A stretch of DNA of 64,000 nt from a virus (lineage: Duplodnaviria; Caudoviricetes), in the IMG/VR virus record IMGVR_UViG_3300032038_000001, positions 160,001 through 224,000 of that record; one strand, given 5' to 3'. The notes beneath the pieces are model-generated. The model ran no database searches and had not been told where the DNA came from. It was given only the letters and a program-made list of their open reading frames with translations. Position 1 is the stretch's first letter, and the number at the start of each line of letters is the position of its first letter. The position numbers and the translations under genes were made by a program. This document shows positions 1 to 9,545 of the stretch, piece by piece.

Positions 1-1107
1 ATGGAATATAACGTATATTTCTATAAGGATGAGAAAAAGATGCTTGTTCATCTTTTTCAGTTAATCAATAAATTAAAACTTGATTTTATTGGAATTTGGA
101 ATATATCATTTGATATTCCATTTATAATTGATAGGTTAAAAAATATGGATTTAGACCCAGCTCAAGTAATGTGTCATCATGATTTTCCTATCAAACAATG
201 TTATTTTAAAAAAGATACTATAAACTTTCAAGTTAAAAATAAATCAGATTTCTTTCATATTTCATCTTATACAGTTTTCTTTGACCAGATGATTAATTAT
301 GCGGCAATACGTAAAGGTGGTCAGGAACTTCGTTCAAATAAACTTACGTATGTTGCACAAAAAGAACTTAATGATGAAAAGCTTGATTATAGTGAAGACG
401 GCGATATCAAAACGTTATCATATAACAACTGGTTATTGTATTTTCTTTATAATATAAAGGACGTTCTTCTTCAGAAAGGTATTGAAGAAAAAACATCTGA
501 TGTAGATACCTATTATCTTACATCATATAAAAATATGACACCATACGAGTCCGAGTTTAAACAAACCGTGAAGCTTAGGAACGTACAATATAAGTCGTTT
601 GCTAAACAAGGATTGGTACCTGGTGAGAATATTAATAAATTTATTTATAATTCTCAAGAAAGAGAAGCAGATGACTATGACGATGAAGAAGAAGAGAAGA
701 AAACCAAGTTTGAGGGTGCTTTAGTAGGTGACCCATCATTAATAGATAAATTCGGAGAACGAATGTTTGGTGAAAAAACAAACTGCATATTTAAATATAG
801 TATTGATATGGATATGTCAAGATTTTATCCATCATGTATAGCCGCTATGAATATTGAGCCAAGTTGTCTTATTTTTAAAGCATCGGTAGACCCCAGCGAG
901 TATGATGTACGTGATGGCGATATACCATTTAATGGGATAACTGATGTTCAAATAAATAAACACAATAATGATTCGTTTGAAACAGATATAGCAAAAGAAA
1001 TATTTGATAATTTTCAGACAAGAAATTATTTGTCGGTTGCCCATAAGTGGTTAAATTTTCCATCAGTTAATGATGTATACGAACGATTAAAAGATGAACT
1101 TGATTAA
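1..1107 (+). CDS. Family B DNA polymerase, exonuclease plus motif A portion (5'-partial; apparently split gene)
   Basis: ExoII WNISFDIPFI, ExoIII YNIKDV, palm motif A DMDMSRFYPS; ORF stops about 100 aa after motif A with no motif B or C. Confidence 0.8.
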   Translation: MEYNVYFYKDEKKMLVHLFQLINKLKLDFIGIWNISFDIPFIIDRLKNMDLDPAQVMCHHDFPIKQCYFKKDTINFQVKNKSDFFHISSYTVFFDQMINYAAIRKGGQELRSNKLTYVAQKELNDEKLDYSEDGDIKTLSYNNWLLYFLYNIKDVLLQKGIEEKTSDVDTYYLTSYKNMTPYESEFKQTVKLRNVQYKSFAKQGLVPGENINKFIYNSQEREADDYDDEEEEKKTKFEGALVGDPSLIDKFGERMFGEKTNCIFKYSIDMDMSRFYPSCIAAMNIEPSCLIFKASVDPSEYDVRDGDIPFNGITDVQINKHNNDSFETDIAKEIFDNFQTRNYLSVAHKWLNFPSVNDVYERLKDELD

Positions 1108-1121
1108 TGAGGTAAAAAATA

Positions 1122-1715
1122 ATGGCTAAAAAAATAACATTTAGAGATTTGCTTGTTAAAATAACAACTATTCTCTCATCAGATCTATATCTGATAAACA
1201 ATCAGTATATAATAGGTGGTCCGAAATCAAATGATAATAATATAGGATATTTTGTATTTAAATTAAATCCAGATATTATTAATGTATGCAACGAAACCAA
1301 TTTTCTTGATGCATCTGAGTCATATTATTTTGCTGATGCTAAGGCCGCAAAAGATGACCTTGAAAATAACTGCTGTAAGCTTACTAAGCCATCCCAAATT
1401 ACATGGTCTAAAAAAATGCTTTCTACTGTCATGGATATTGTAGATAATATAGAAACATGGAATAAATTTAATTTTACTGATAAAGAAATAGATGCATTAT
1501 TTGATGAAAACTGCACTATAGATTTATTTGCAGATAGTACTGAGATATCTACAGTAACAGTTAGTAAAACTTTATTCCCTTTAACAAACGAAAAAAATAT
1601 ATCAGACTTATATTATACCGTAGATAAACATGAAGATTTCAATAATTTGATATTATCATTAGATTACTCAATGTTTCAGCTTTATATGTTATATAGATAT
1701 ATTGATGTTGACTAA
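1122..1715 (+). CDS. hypothetical protein
   Basis: 197-aa ORF with GAGG RBS, directly after the polymerase, followed by a terminator. Confidence 0.75.
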   Translation: MAKKITFRDLLVKITTILSSDLYLINNQYIIGGPKSNDNNIGYFVFKLNPDIINVCNETNFLDASESYYFADAKAAKDDLENNCCKLTKPSQITWSKKMLSTVMDIVDNIETWNKFNFTDKEIDALFDENCTIDLFADSTEISTVTVSKTLFPLTNEKNISDLYYTVDKHEDFNNLILSLDYSMFQLYMLYRYIDVD

Positions 1716-1761
1716 TAATAGAGATGTAGTGTATACATACACTACATCTCTATTATTCTTT
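1716..1761 (+). terminator. intrinsic terminator
   Basis: aataatagagatgtagtgtat / atacactacatctctattatt inverted repeat followed by a T run. Confidence 0.8.
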
Positions 1762-1784
1762 ACTGCATATTTTTCCTATCAGAA

Positions 1785-1796
1785 AACATTGAATTA
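1785..1796 (+). promoter_or_regulatory. late-type promoter AACA-N6-TA
   Basis: AACA ttgaat TA about 20 nt before the portal start; the same motif recurs before most structural genes. Confidence 0.7.
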
Positions 1797-1816
1797 ACAT
1801 TTAAATACTGAAAGGA

Positions 1817-4273
1817 GTGATCAATTTGCCGGCTAATAATAAAAAAGCAGGTAGTAAAAAATCTAATACTGAAATTTCTGAATTAGAAAGAGCATCTTCT
1901 ATATTAAAAGATAAGAGTGTTAGAAGAAATCTATCTCAAATTGAAAATATATTAGGTCAAGCAAATTTAAACTTATACGGTACAGACAGAACTTCTGAAG
2001 TAGATACGTTGAATTCTAAATTTCAATCTCTTCTTCATGAAGAAATAGGTGTTTTGACTCAAAAGGATGACGAAGATGTAACGTCATTTATTAATAAATT
2101 ATATTCAGCAGATAAGAAGAGTACCGCTGCTTCAAATCTTTTAGATAATCAATTTGTATCTATGACTGGAGAAGAAGTACAAGCAGTACAAGGATTTTTA
2201 TATGATGTATATAGAAATAGACTTCTTGAACAAAATGACCTTCATGAGGTTGCTTCTCAACTTATTGAATTAAGTGAAGCGATATTAATAACTCGTGATG
2301 CGATAGTTTCAGCTGATGTAGTTGAAGGACGTATGTCTAGAACTCTTAAATTTGATAAAATTGATCAGGAAGATGCTGAGAATACTTTACCAATAGTGGA
2401 GTCTCTTGAGAAACGATTCTCGCTTCTTGAAAAAATAAAAAACTTTGTTATACCAAAAACTCTTGAATATGGAGAGTACTATGCATATTGTATTCCATAT
2501 TCAAAGATTTTTAATGATTTTATGAAAAATAAAAATAATACAAAGACTGGAAATATGTATAAAGAAACATCTTTATACGAAAGTGTTTCAGATAACACTG
2601 TTACCCGAAGTGGCAATAAAAATAGTAATAAAAGTAATAAATTTATTGATGATATTTTCACGGAATATGTTAGTAATTTTCCTGAAAGTAAACAAAGTGA
2701 AATAAAATCTAAAGAAAAAGAATTTAAAGAAGATGTCTCTAATATTCTTAAAAATATAATAATATGTAATGATTCAGTTCCACTTCCTGTAATGGAAGAA
2801 GGGTTTGCTTCAATAAAAACATATATGGATGAATATGTTAATGAAAGTGGTGATACATTTACAGAAGCAAAAACCGTAAGGAAAGATAAGAAATCAGTTG
2901 ACTCTTTATTTAACAAGATAATCAATGATGATACAAAAAATGGTATCACATTTGTTGATGATACAAAATCAAAAGGAAAAGCTAAAGATGACTTTTCAGA
3001 TATCAAGGATTGCTATCTTAAACTTATAGAACCTACTAAAATTATTCCTGTAAAGATAATGAATCAGACTATTGGGTATTATTATGTACAAGAAGAGGAT
3101 ATCACACCTCTTGCTGGAATGATTTCATCAACTTTATACTATAATAAATTTGATGAAGCAAATCAGCAGCAATCTATAGTTGATTCTATTGCAAAAAGAA
3201 TAGTAGATTGTTTTGATAAGGATTTTCTTAAAGATAATATAAAATTTAAGGAAACAATAGTTGAGGCTATTAACTATTATAATTTAAATGAAAAAAGACT
3301 TAAATTCCAGTTCATTCCTGTAGAGTACATAGTTCCTTTCAAGATTGACCAAGACGAGTATGGTAATGGACAATCAATGATAAAGAAATCATTATTCTAT
3401 GCTAAACTTTATTTAATGCTTCTTCTATTCAAAATCATGTCTATTATATTAAATAGTAATGACCAAAAGGTAAACTATTTAAAAACATCTGGTATTGATA
3501 AAAATGTAGCTAATAAAGTACAAGAGATTGCACGTATAAAACAGTCACGTCAAATTAATATGTATGATTTATTTAATTATACCACATTAATCAATAAGGT
3601 GGGTAACGGAACAGAAGTCTACATACCTACTGGTAGGTCTGGTGAAAGACCTATTGAAACAGAGATTTTATCAGGCCAAGACGTACAGTTAAATAGTGAA
3701 CTTCTTGAAATGTTAAAGAACTCATATATACTGGGAACAGGTGTTCCTGCAGCTATTATTAACTATTTAAATGAAGCAGATTTCGCTAAAGTCATCGAAC
3801 AAAACAATACTAAGTTTAATGGTAGAGTAGTTAACTATCAACTCGATTTTAATCCTAGTATAACTGAATTATATCAAAAGATAATGAGATGGTCAACAAA
3901 TATACCGGATCAAATGGTAGACAATTTTGAATTCGCATTACAACCTCCTAAAACAGTTGCATCTACTGCTAAAGGTGAAGCTATTAATGCATTCAATCAG
4001 TTGGTTGAATTTGTTGTTGGTATTAAGTATGGTGACCCTGGTCAGGCCGAAGCTGATAATCCCAGTATAAATAAAGAAATAAGAAGATTTAAAGAACTTT
4101 ATGCTGCAGAGCAACTTCCTCTTCTTAATATGGATAGGATTAATAAACTATGTGAGCAGGCTGCTATTGATGTTAAAGAAGAGACTCTCAAGCCTAATCC
4201 TAACAATGGTGATAATGGTGAAGATGATGGTATAGACGGTCTTGACTTAGACGGTGAAGAAGGAGAAGAATAA
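1817..4273 (+). CDS. portal protein (jumbo phage type)
   Basis: 818 aa; T4 gp20-like features (GQSMIKKSLFYAKLY, ..GVP..), acidic C-tail; next to tube/sheath; late promoter. Confidence 0.7.
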   Translation: MINLPANNKKAGSKKSNTEISELERASSILKDKSVRRNLSQIENILGQANLNLYGTDRTSEVDTLNSKFQSLLHEEIGVLTQKDDEDVTSFINKLYSADKKSTAASNLLDNQFVSMTGEEVQAVQGFLYDVYRNRLLEQNDLHEVASQLIELSEAILITRDAIVSADVVEGRMSRTLKFDKIDQEDAENTLPIVESLEKRFSLLEKIKNFVIPKTLEYGEYYAYCIPYSKIFNDFMKNKNNTKTGNMYKETSLYESVSDNTVTRSGNKNSNKSNKFIDDIFTEYVSNFPESKQSEIKSKEKEFKEDVSNILKNIIICNDSVPLPVMEEGFASIKTYMDEYVNESGDTFTEAKTVRKDKKSVDSLFNKIINDDTKNGITFVDDTKSKGKAKDDFSDIKDCYLKLIEPTKIIPVKIMNQTIGYYYVQEEDITPLAGMISSTLYYNKFDEANQQQSIVDSIAKRIVDCFDKDFLKDNIKFKETIVEAINYYNLNEKRLKFQFIPVEYIVPFKIDQDEYGNGQSMIKKSLFYAKLYLMLLLFKIMSIILNSNDQKVNYLKTSGIDKNVANKVQEIARIKQSRQINMYDLFNYTTLINKVGNGTEVYIPTGRSGERPIETEILSGQDVQLNSELLEMLKNSYILGTGVPAAIINYLNEADFAKVIEQNNTKFNGRVVNYQLDFNPSITELYQKIMRWSTNIPDQMVDNFEFALQPPKTVASTAKGEAINAFNQLVEFVVGIKYGDPGQAEADNPSINKEIRRFKELYAAEQLPLLNMDRINKLCEQAAIDVKEETLKPNPNNGDNGEDDGIDGLDLDGEEGEE

Positions 4274-4320
4274 ATTCGTAAAATAAAAAATTATAATGAT
4301 ATATTATATATGTGTAATAA

Positions 4321-4450
4321 GAAGATTATAAGCCACGTATAATCTTCACCCAGATAAACTAAGTTTAACATCAGACTGCAGCTGATGTAGAAATCTTAAA
4401 TTATGATGCTCGTGGCTTGCCGGCTTACATAATTTGAGATTCACTTAGTT
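4321..4450 (+). ncRNA. candidate structured RNA (hairpin plus three-way junction, loop-loop complementarity)
   Basis: stems 4321-4330/4338-4347, 4357-4364/4443-4450, 4368-4374/4382-4388, 4392-4405/4428-4441; loop AGCCACG (4331-4337) complementary to CGTGGCT (4411-4417); ATATATTAT at 4299-4307. Confidence 0.6.
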
Positions 4451-4511
4451 ATATTATATCGAAAAAGGAGTGAAAAGGTAGTTATATTATATCGAAAAAG
4501 GAGTGAAAAGG
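4446..4511 (+). repeat. exact 33-bp tandem duplication containing an RBS
   Basis: tagttatattatatcgaaaaaggagtgaaaagg at 4446-4478 and 4479-4511. Confidence 0.95.
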
Positions 4512-4540
4512 ATGATTAATAGAATCAAAATTCCCTGATT

Positions 4541-4587
4541 AGACCGCACGTATTAATATCAATTAATACGTGCGGTCTTCTTTTTTT
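4541..4587 (+). terminator. intrinsic terminator of the small cassette
   Basis: agaccgcacgtattaat / attaatacgtgcggtct followed by a T run. Confidence 0.85.
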
Positions 4588-4646
4588 ATATTTTTTATAA
4601 AAAAAATGATGGTGAAAGTAATACTTTCACCATCATTATTATTTTT

Positions 4647-5564
4647 TTAGGTAGTGGACTCCCAGGTACTTGCAGGTAATACTGCATTCGATGTACCCGT
4701 TTCTACTTTTTCTAAAAGCTTACCAGTCTTAACATCATAACTCTTACCATTACCATCATCAACGTCAACAGTAAACCCACTATAGAAGTTAAGCGAGTTA
4801 GCAAGCATTTTATATTTTTCAAGTAACTTACAAGCCACAACGTTAATCTGAATCGATTCGTATTTTGTACATGTAAAGTTGATATCAACGTCTACAATAT
4901 TATGGGTACCTGACTCATAGTTGAATGCATCAGTATTTATACCCTTAGGGAAGCAGTTGGCAAGTAAACAAGCATATTCAACTTTTTCACCAGTGTTATC
5001 AGTAGCAACATAGATAAACTCTGCTGTCTGATTAGACTGTTTTCTCTTAATTGAAGGGTCAACTCCATGATAAGTTGCTAAACCTGTTAACAGGTCAGTT
5101 GTACCATTAATCCATGTATGAAGAACTTCACGAATAGGTGAACCTGAGAACTCATAAACCTTAACAGTAAATTCATTGGTGCCGTCTTCAGCTGCCATAG
5201 GTATTTCAAACTGTTTACCTACATAGCCACCTTTAAGAGGTTCAAAGTTAACAGAAACATCACCTATACCAGAAACTGCGGTATTACCATATTCGAGTAT
5301 ATGCTTAAATATAGCCATCTGAGGAGGCATGAGTTCTGAAACAAATAAAGGTGTTCTAACCATAAATAAACGGCCATAACCGGTCTTAAGAGGATCATAC
5401 TTTTCAAGTACATCATGAGTGACATTAGTACCGCCTAAAAACAGTGCGTATTCAGTCAGTGATGCATCCTGAAAGGTTTTCATTGAACTGCCGCCACCCT
5501 GAATAGAATTGTTGTGACTAATACTATTATTAGTAGAGCTATCTGCCTGTGCATATTGTGCCAT
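4647..5564 (-). CDS. tail tube protein
   Basis: 305 aa directly downstream of the sheath; tube-like pattern (FTVKVYEFSGSPI..W, NCFPKGI, VDVDINF). Confidence 0.75.
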   Translation of the reverse strand: MAQYAQADSSTNNSISHNNSIQGGGSSMKTFQDASLTEYALFLGGTNVTHDVLEKYDPLKTGYGRLFMVRTPLFVSELMPPQMAIFKHILEYGNTAVSGIGDVSVNFEPLKGGYVGKQFEIPMAAEDGTNEFTVKVYEFSGSPIREVLHTWINGTTDLLTGLATYHGVDPSIKRKQSNQTAEFIYVATDNTGEKVEYACLLANCFPKGINTDAFNYESGTHNIVDVDINFTCTKYESIQINVVACKLLEKYKMLANSLNFYSGFTVDVDDGNGKSYDVKTGKLLEKVETGTSNAVLPASTWESTT

Positions 5565-5584
5565 ATTTCATTTCACCATCCTTC

Positions 5585-8575
5585 TTACAGCATAACAGTT
5601 CCAGTGGTAGAACTATTATTATCAGTGTTAGTGCTTTCATCATATGTTCTCTTATTGATATCAATTTCGAGAATAGCACGCTTCTGAAGACCTCTAAATA
5701 CAACTGCAACATAACAGTGTAAAATAGAACGATCAAACTCCCACTTATTAACTCTAAATTCTACATCAATTGAAAGAACCTTAGAACCAGTCCAATCAGA
5801 GAACTTAGCTTTTTCAAATGCAGAGAAGTGCTCTCTTTCACTTGCATCAGCAAAGTCATAGAGTCTACTATGAATATCTGTTTCAATTATTCTCTTGATT
5901 GCATAGAGAGTAAATACATTATTCTCCTCAGAGAGGTCAGTCAGATCAGTCTGTGCTGTTGTCTGAGTAGCTCTCTGGAATACATTATCATCAAGAGTCT
6001 CAAAATAGTTGAAGTTATTCTGATACAGCTCTTCCTTGAGATCAGCCTCATAGTCTTCAATAGAGGGCTCGAGAGTATCTCTAATATGACCAGTAAGCTG
6101 TGCCTTTGCTTTAACCATAGGAATATGAGTTCCATAGTTAATAACATGATCAGCAAACTGCTGAGCAAGGAAATAAGTAATAGAAACCTTAACTCTCTTC
6201 TGAGAAGGAGTTTCTCTTACCATGAAGTGTTGTGTATTCTTCGAGATCAGGCAATGATTATCAATACCAGTCTTATCAGAACCTATAGTACTGAATACAG
6301 CATAATCACGAATGAGGCTAGCGATATTAGACTTAGAGAACGACTCCATTTCAATACCACAGTCGAGATACAGAGGAGCATCATTTCTTACAACTACAAG
6401 TTCTGCAAGAACCTGCTTAACCTCATAACTATAGTTTGCATCAAACCATGCAGTAACAGGAATTCTTCTTGAAGAAAGAATCTTTCTATCAAAAGTGCCA
6501 TTAAATGCATTCTTATAGCATTCATCAATTTCCTGTGCTACCGTCCACTGTGTAACATCAGTAGTGCATTCCTTACCATCTTCATAGTAATACTTGGAAG
6601 CATTAGTATTTATAGGTTCAACACCTTCTGTAACACCATCTTCACGATAATACTTTGTTACAGTAACAGTCTTATCAGGATCAGTATCTTCAACACGAGT
6701 AAGTTCACCAGCTTCAATCTTAGCTGTAACTTCTTCTGTGTTAACAACTTCGTCTTCCTTTGTTACAGTCTTGGTTACATAATCACCAACAACTACAGAG
6801 ATGCCAGTAACTTCACCGATCTTAATCTGTGTTTCAGCATCAAAAGGAACTTCTGTCTTGGTTACATAATCACCAACATTTACGGTGATACCAGTAACAT
6901 CGCTAATCTTGATCTGTGTTGCAGGATCAAAAGGATCAGCATCATTAGCTACAACTTTAAGAGCACCAGCATCACCAGAAGCGGCTACAGCATATACTGT
7001 TTTACCAGTATAGTCATTAGCTACAACTTCAAGAGCACCTTCAGTCGTGGATGTAGCCGTTGCAAATGTAACAACATCAACTTGAACAATTGTGCCATCA
7101 GCATTGTAATGTGTATAAACAGGAATAGTAGCTGTACCACTATTGATATAATAGCTATTATCACTTGAATCTACAAATTTAACGATTGTTGCGGGAACTT
7201 CAACTTCCTTAGGGAATACAGTTTCTCCCTCTGCATCAACTGCAACGGTCTTCGAAGTTACAATGAATCCATCAGTATCAAGAATTCTGGGATTATCAAA
7301 GTAACCATTTGTACCATAGTTTACTCCAACACCCTTTACGTCGCCAAATGAAGACATAAGCTTTGTTGTAGTATAATCTGCAGGGTTTGCACCAGCAGGA
7401 ATACCACCCTTCGGAACCTCTGAAGGATACATGATACAAGGAAGCAGTTCATTGCTTGCAACCTTCTTTGCGAAGATCGGGTCAAACTCGTCAATGTCAA
7501 TAATATTATCAGGATCAGAATCCTTTATCATCGACATTAATTTCTGAAGTTCTGATACAGCATCAGAGAGCTTTACATCATTACCGTCAGCATCCTTTGC
7601 GATAATACCGGTAGGAACTCTCTCACTACCATTAACCATATTGGTAAGTGACTCTCTGCTAATAGATACGTTTGCAAAAATTTCAGCATACTTAGCAAAT
7701 GTCTCATCATACTCTGCCTCAAGTAAAGGATTGAGTTCAGTAAGGAATGATACATATGCATCGTATACATCTTCAACACCAGCTTCGTTCATGTAAATAT
7801 AAACCGGAATATCACCGATGTTGCTATTTTCAAGGATATCATTAATAAGAGTTGATGCATCATACTTAGATGATGAAACAACTGAACCAGTATAGGTTGC
7901 AATCTTGTTAAGGCCACCCTCATTGTTCATGATAACAAAATCATACATTTTGATACCATATTCTTTTTCATATGACTTATTTGTGTCAATATGAACAGAG
8001 TAGTTATCGCCGTACTTGCCTCTACCAGCAACACGGATACCCATAACAGGAGCCTGAGTGTATCCCTCGTTATCAATATACTTATCATTAACTAACTCTG
8101 TGCCATCAAGTTCAACATACTTCTTATTGAATGTTTTAGCATCACTGATACCTTCAAGGAACTTAACTGTGAACTTCAGACGGAAGCGTCTTTCACTAGC
8201 CTTAACAGTATCATTAGTTTCGTCAGCCTTATAATACAGAGAAATAACTGCATTAGAATATGTAGCATTCTCAGGCATTACACGCATACCCCATACATAA
8301 GTATTGGGCTTTCTCAGAAGTGCCAGAGGCATCATCAGAGGCTGACCATATTTCTTATAATTAGAAGTGCCATATGTCGATACAAAACTATCGTACGACG
8401 TTTTTCTTACAAATACATTGTCCACACCCTTAGATGAAACGAACGGAAATGCATAAGTTACTGAAGGATCAATTCTAGTATCGATATTTGTCTCAGCAAC
8501 CTTTGTATTATCATTGATTACAGTTTCAACGTACGGATATGAGTACTTAGGTACTATCTGTATAGATTGCGGCAT
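5585..8575 (-). CDS. contractile tail sheath protein with inserted repeat domain
   Basis: N-term PYVETVIND..SYDSFVSTYG and C-term DLSEENNV..KRIIE..LYDF sheath patterns; internal V/T-rich insertion; late promoter 8644-8655. Confidence 0.85.
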   Translation of the reverse strand: MPQSIQIVPKYSYPYVETVINDNTKVAETNIDTRIDPSVTYAFPFVSSKGVDNVFVRKTSYDSFVSTYGTSNYKKYGQPLMMPLALLRKPNTYVWGMRVMPENATYSNAVISLYYKADETNDTVKASERRFRLKFTVKFLEGISDAKTFNKKYVELDGTELVNDKYIDNEGYTQAPVMGIRVAGRGKYGDNYSVHIDTNKSYEKEYGIKMYDFVIMNNEGGLNKIATYTGSVVSSSKYDASTLINDILENSNIGDIPVYIYMNEAGVEDVYDAYVSFLTELNPLLEAEYDETFAKYAEIFANVSISRESLTNMVNGSERVPTGIIAKDADGNDVKLSDAVSELQKLMSMIKDSDPDNIIDIDEFDPIFAKKVASNELLPCIMYPSEVPKGGIPAGANPADYTTTKLMSSFGDVKGVGVNYGTNGYFDNPRILDTDGFIVTSKTVAVDAEGETVFPKEVEVPATIVKFVDSSDNSYYINSGTATIPVYTHYNADGTIVQVDVVTFATATSTTEGALEVVANDYTGKTVYAVAASGDAGALKVVANDADPFDPATQIKISDVTGITVNVGDYVTKTEVPFDAETQIKIGEVTGISVVVGDYVTKTVTKEDEVVNTEEVTAKIEAGELTRVEDTDPDKTVTVTKYYREDGVTEGVEPINTNASKYYYEDGKECTTDVTQWTVAQEIDECYKNAFNGTFDRKILSSRRIPVTAWFDANYSYEVKQVLAELVVVRNDAPLYLDCGIEMESFSKSNIASLIRDYAVFSTIGSDKTGIDNHCLISKNTQHFMVRETPSQKRVKVSITYFLAQQFADHVINYGTHIPMVKAKAQLTGHIRDTLEPSIEDYEADLKEELYQNNFNYFETLDDNVFQRATQTTAQTDLTDLSEENNVFTLYAIKRIIETDIHSRLYDFADASEREHFSAFEKAKFSDWTGSKVLSIDVEFRVNKWEFDRSILHCYVAVVFRGLQKRAILEIDINKRTYDESTNTDNNSSTTGTVML

Positions 8576-8694
8576 AATCTATAAACCTCCTTTTAAATTT
8601 TTTATTAGTTATAGATTTTATAAAGTCTATAAATTATAGATTTTATATATTTGTTTTGAGGATTTATATAGGTTTTACTATAAAAAAATACTCA

Positions 8695-9429
8695 TCACAT
8701 TTTAATGATTTGTTCAATTGGGGACTGAGCTTCTGGGATCTTATCTCTAGACCTATTTAAAGATGAAGTAATCATACTGTCAATATCTTCAAATGTTACT
8801 GCGGTGAAAGTTGACGTGTATTGGCATATCTGTCGAACTGATGCCATTTTATAATCATATAACGATACACCTTTAGGGTCTTTACCAATTACATGAGCAA
8901 ATTTACTTGACGGATTATTTTTATCACGATATGATGCTGATAATATTAGTTCTTCAATAACTGAAGGAACACCGAGATTTACACCATTCATTTGTTGATT
9001 TTTTCTCCATAGAGTAATAGACTTATCATATGGAACCGATGCAGGTATTTTACCTTTAAGAATAAAGTCCAGATAAGTTTCAGCGTTTGTACTATCCTCA
9101 ATAACCGAACTTTCCATAACTTTATTACCATGGAAGAATTTTAAAACCTTACATGATACTGGAACAGGTTCTCCGGGTAATTCAACTCTTCGTATTTCAT
9201 AGTCATAGACATAAATGTTTATCCATGACGGAAGATTCAATATCTTCATTTCTTTTAATTGACCATTCTCATAAAAACCTATATTAAATATTCCAAGAAC
9301 TTTAATAACTTGACCAGCATCTTCTGCAAATTTACCTGATGTATCAAAATAATCCATTGGTATATAAAACTCACAGTATGGTCTTTCAAGATAAATAAAT
9401 TTTTGGTCTGATCTAAAATAACTACTCAT
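8695..9429 (-). CDS. hypothetical late protein, probably virion-associated
   Basis: 244-aa ORF, strong RBS, AACA-N6-TA at 9461-9472. Confidence 0.6.
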   Translation of the reverse strand: MSSYFRSDQKFIYLERPYCEFYIPMDYFDTSGKFAEDAGQVIKVLGIFNIGFYENGQLKEMKILNLPSWINIYVYDYEIRRVELPGEPVPVSCKVLKFFHGNKVMESSVIEDSTNAETYLDFILKGKIPASVPYDKSITLWRKNQQMNGVNLGVPSVIEELILSASYRDKNNPSSKFAHVIGKDPKGVSLYDYKMASVRQICQYTSTFTAVTFEDIDSMITSSLNRSRDKIPEAQSPIEQIIKM

Positions 9430-9545
9430 TTCTTATACCTCCTTTCACAAGAAGAGTTCTTAAGATTCTGTTTTATTTATCAATGATAATACAAAAAAAG
9501 AGAGATGAAGATATTGTCTTCATCTCTCTAAAAAATACTATATAT

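Noticed and set aside
4375-4400. Hammerhead ribozyme (CTGATG..GAAA)
   Set aside because: CUGAUGA core is incomplete, lies within a stem and has no stem II before GAAA
4446-4511. CRISPR array or type III antitoxin repeat array
   Set aside because: Only two adjacent copies, no spacers, no cas or toxin gene nearby
5828-6472. Long antisense ORFs over sheath, capsid, gyrase and 16.6-18.2 kb genes
   Set aside because: Expected from codon bias of the true genes; no independent signals
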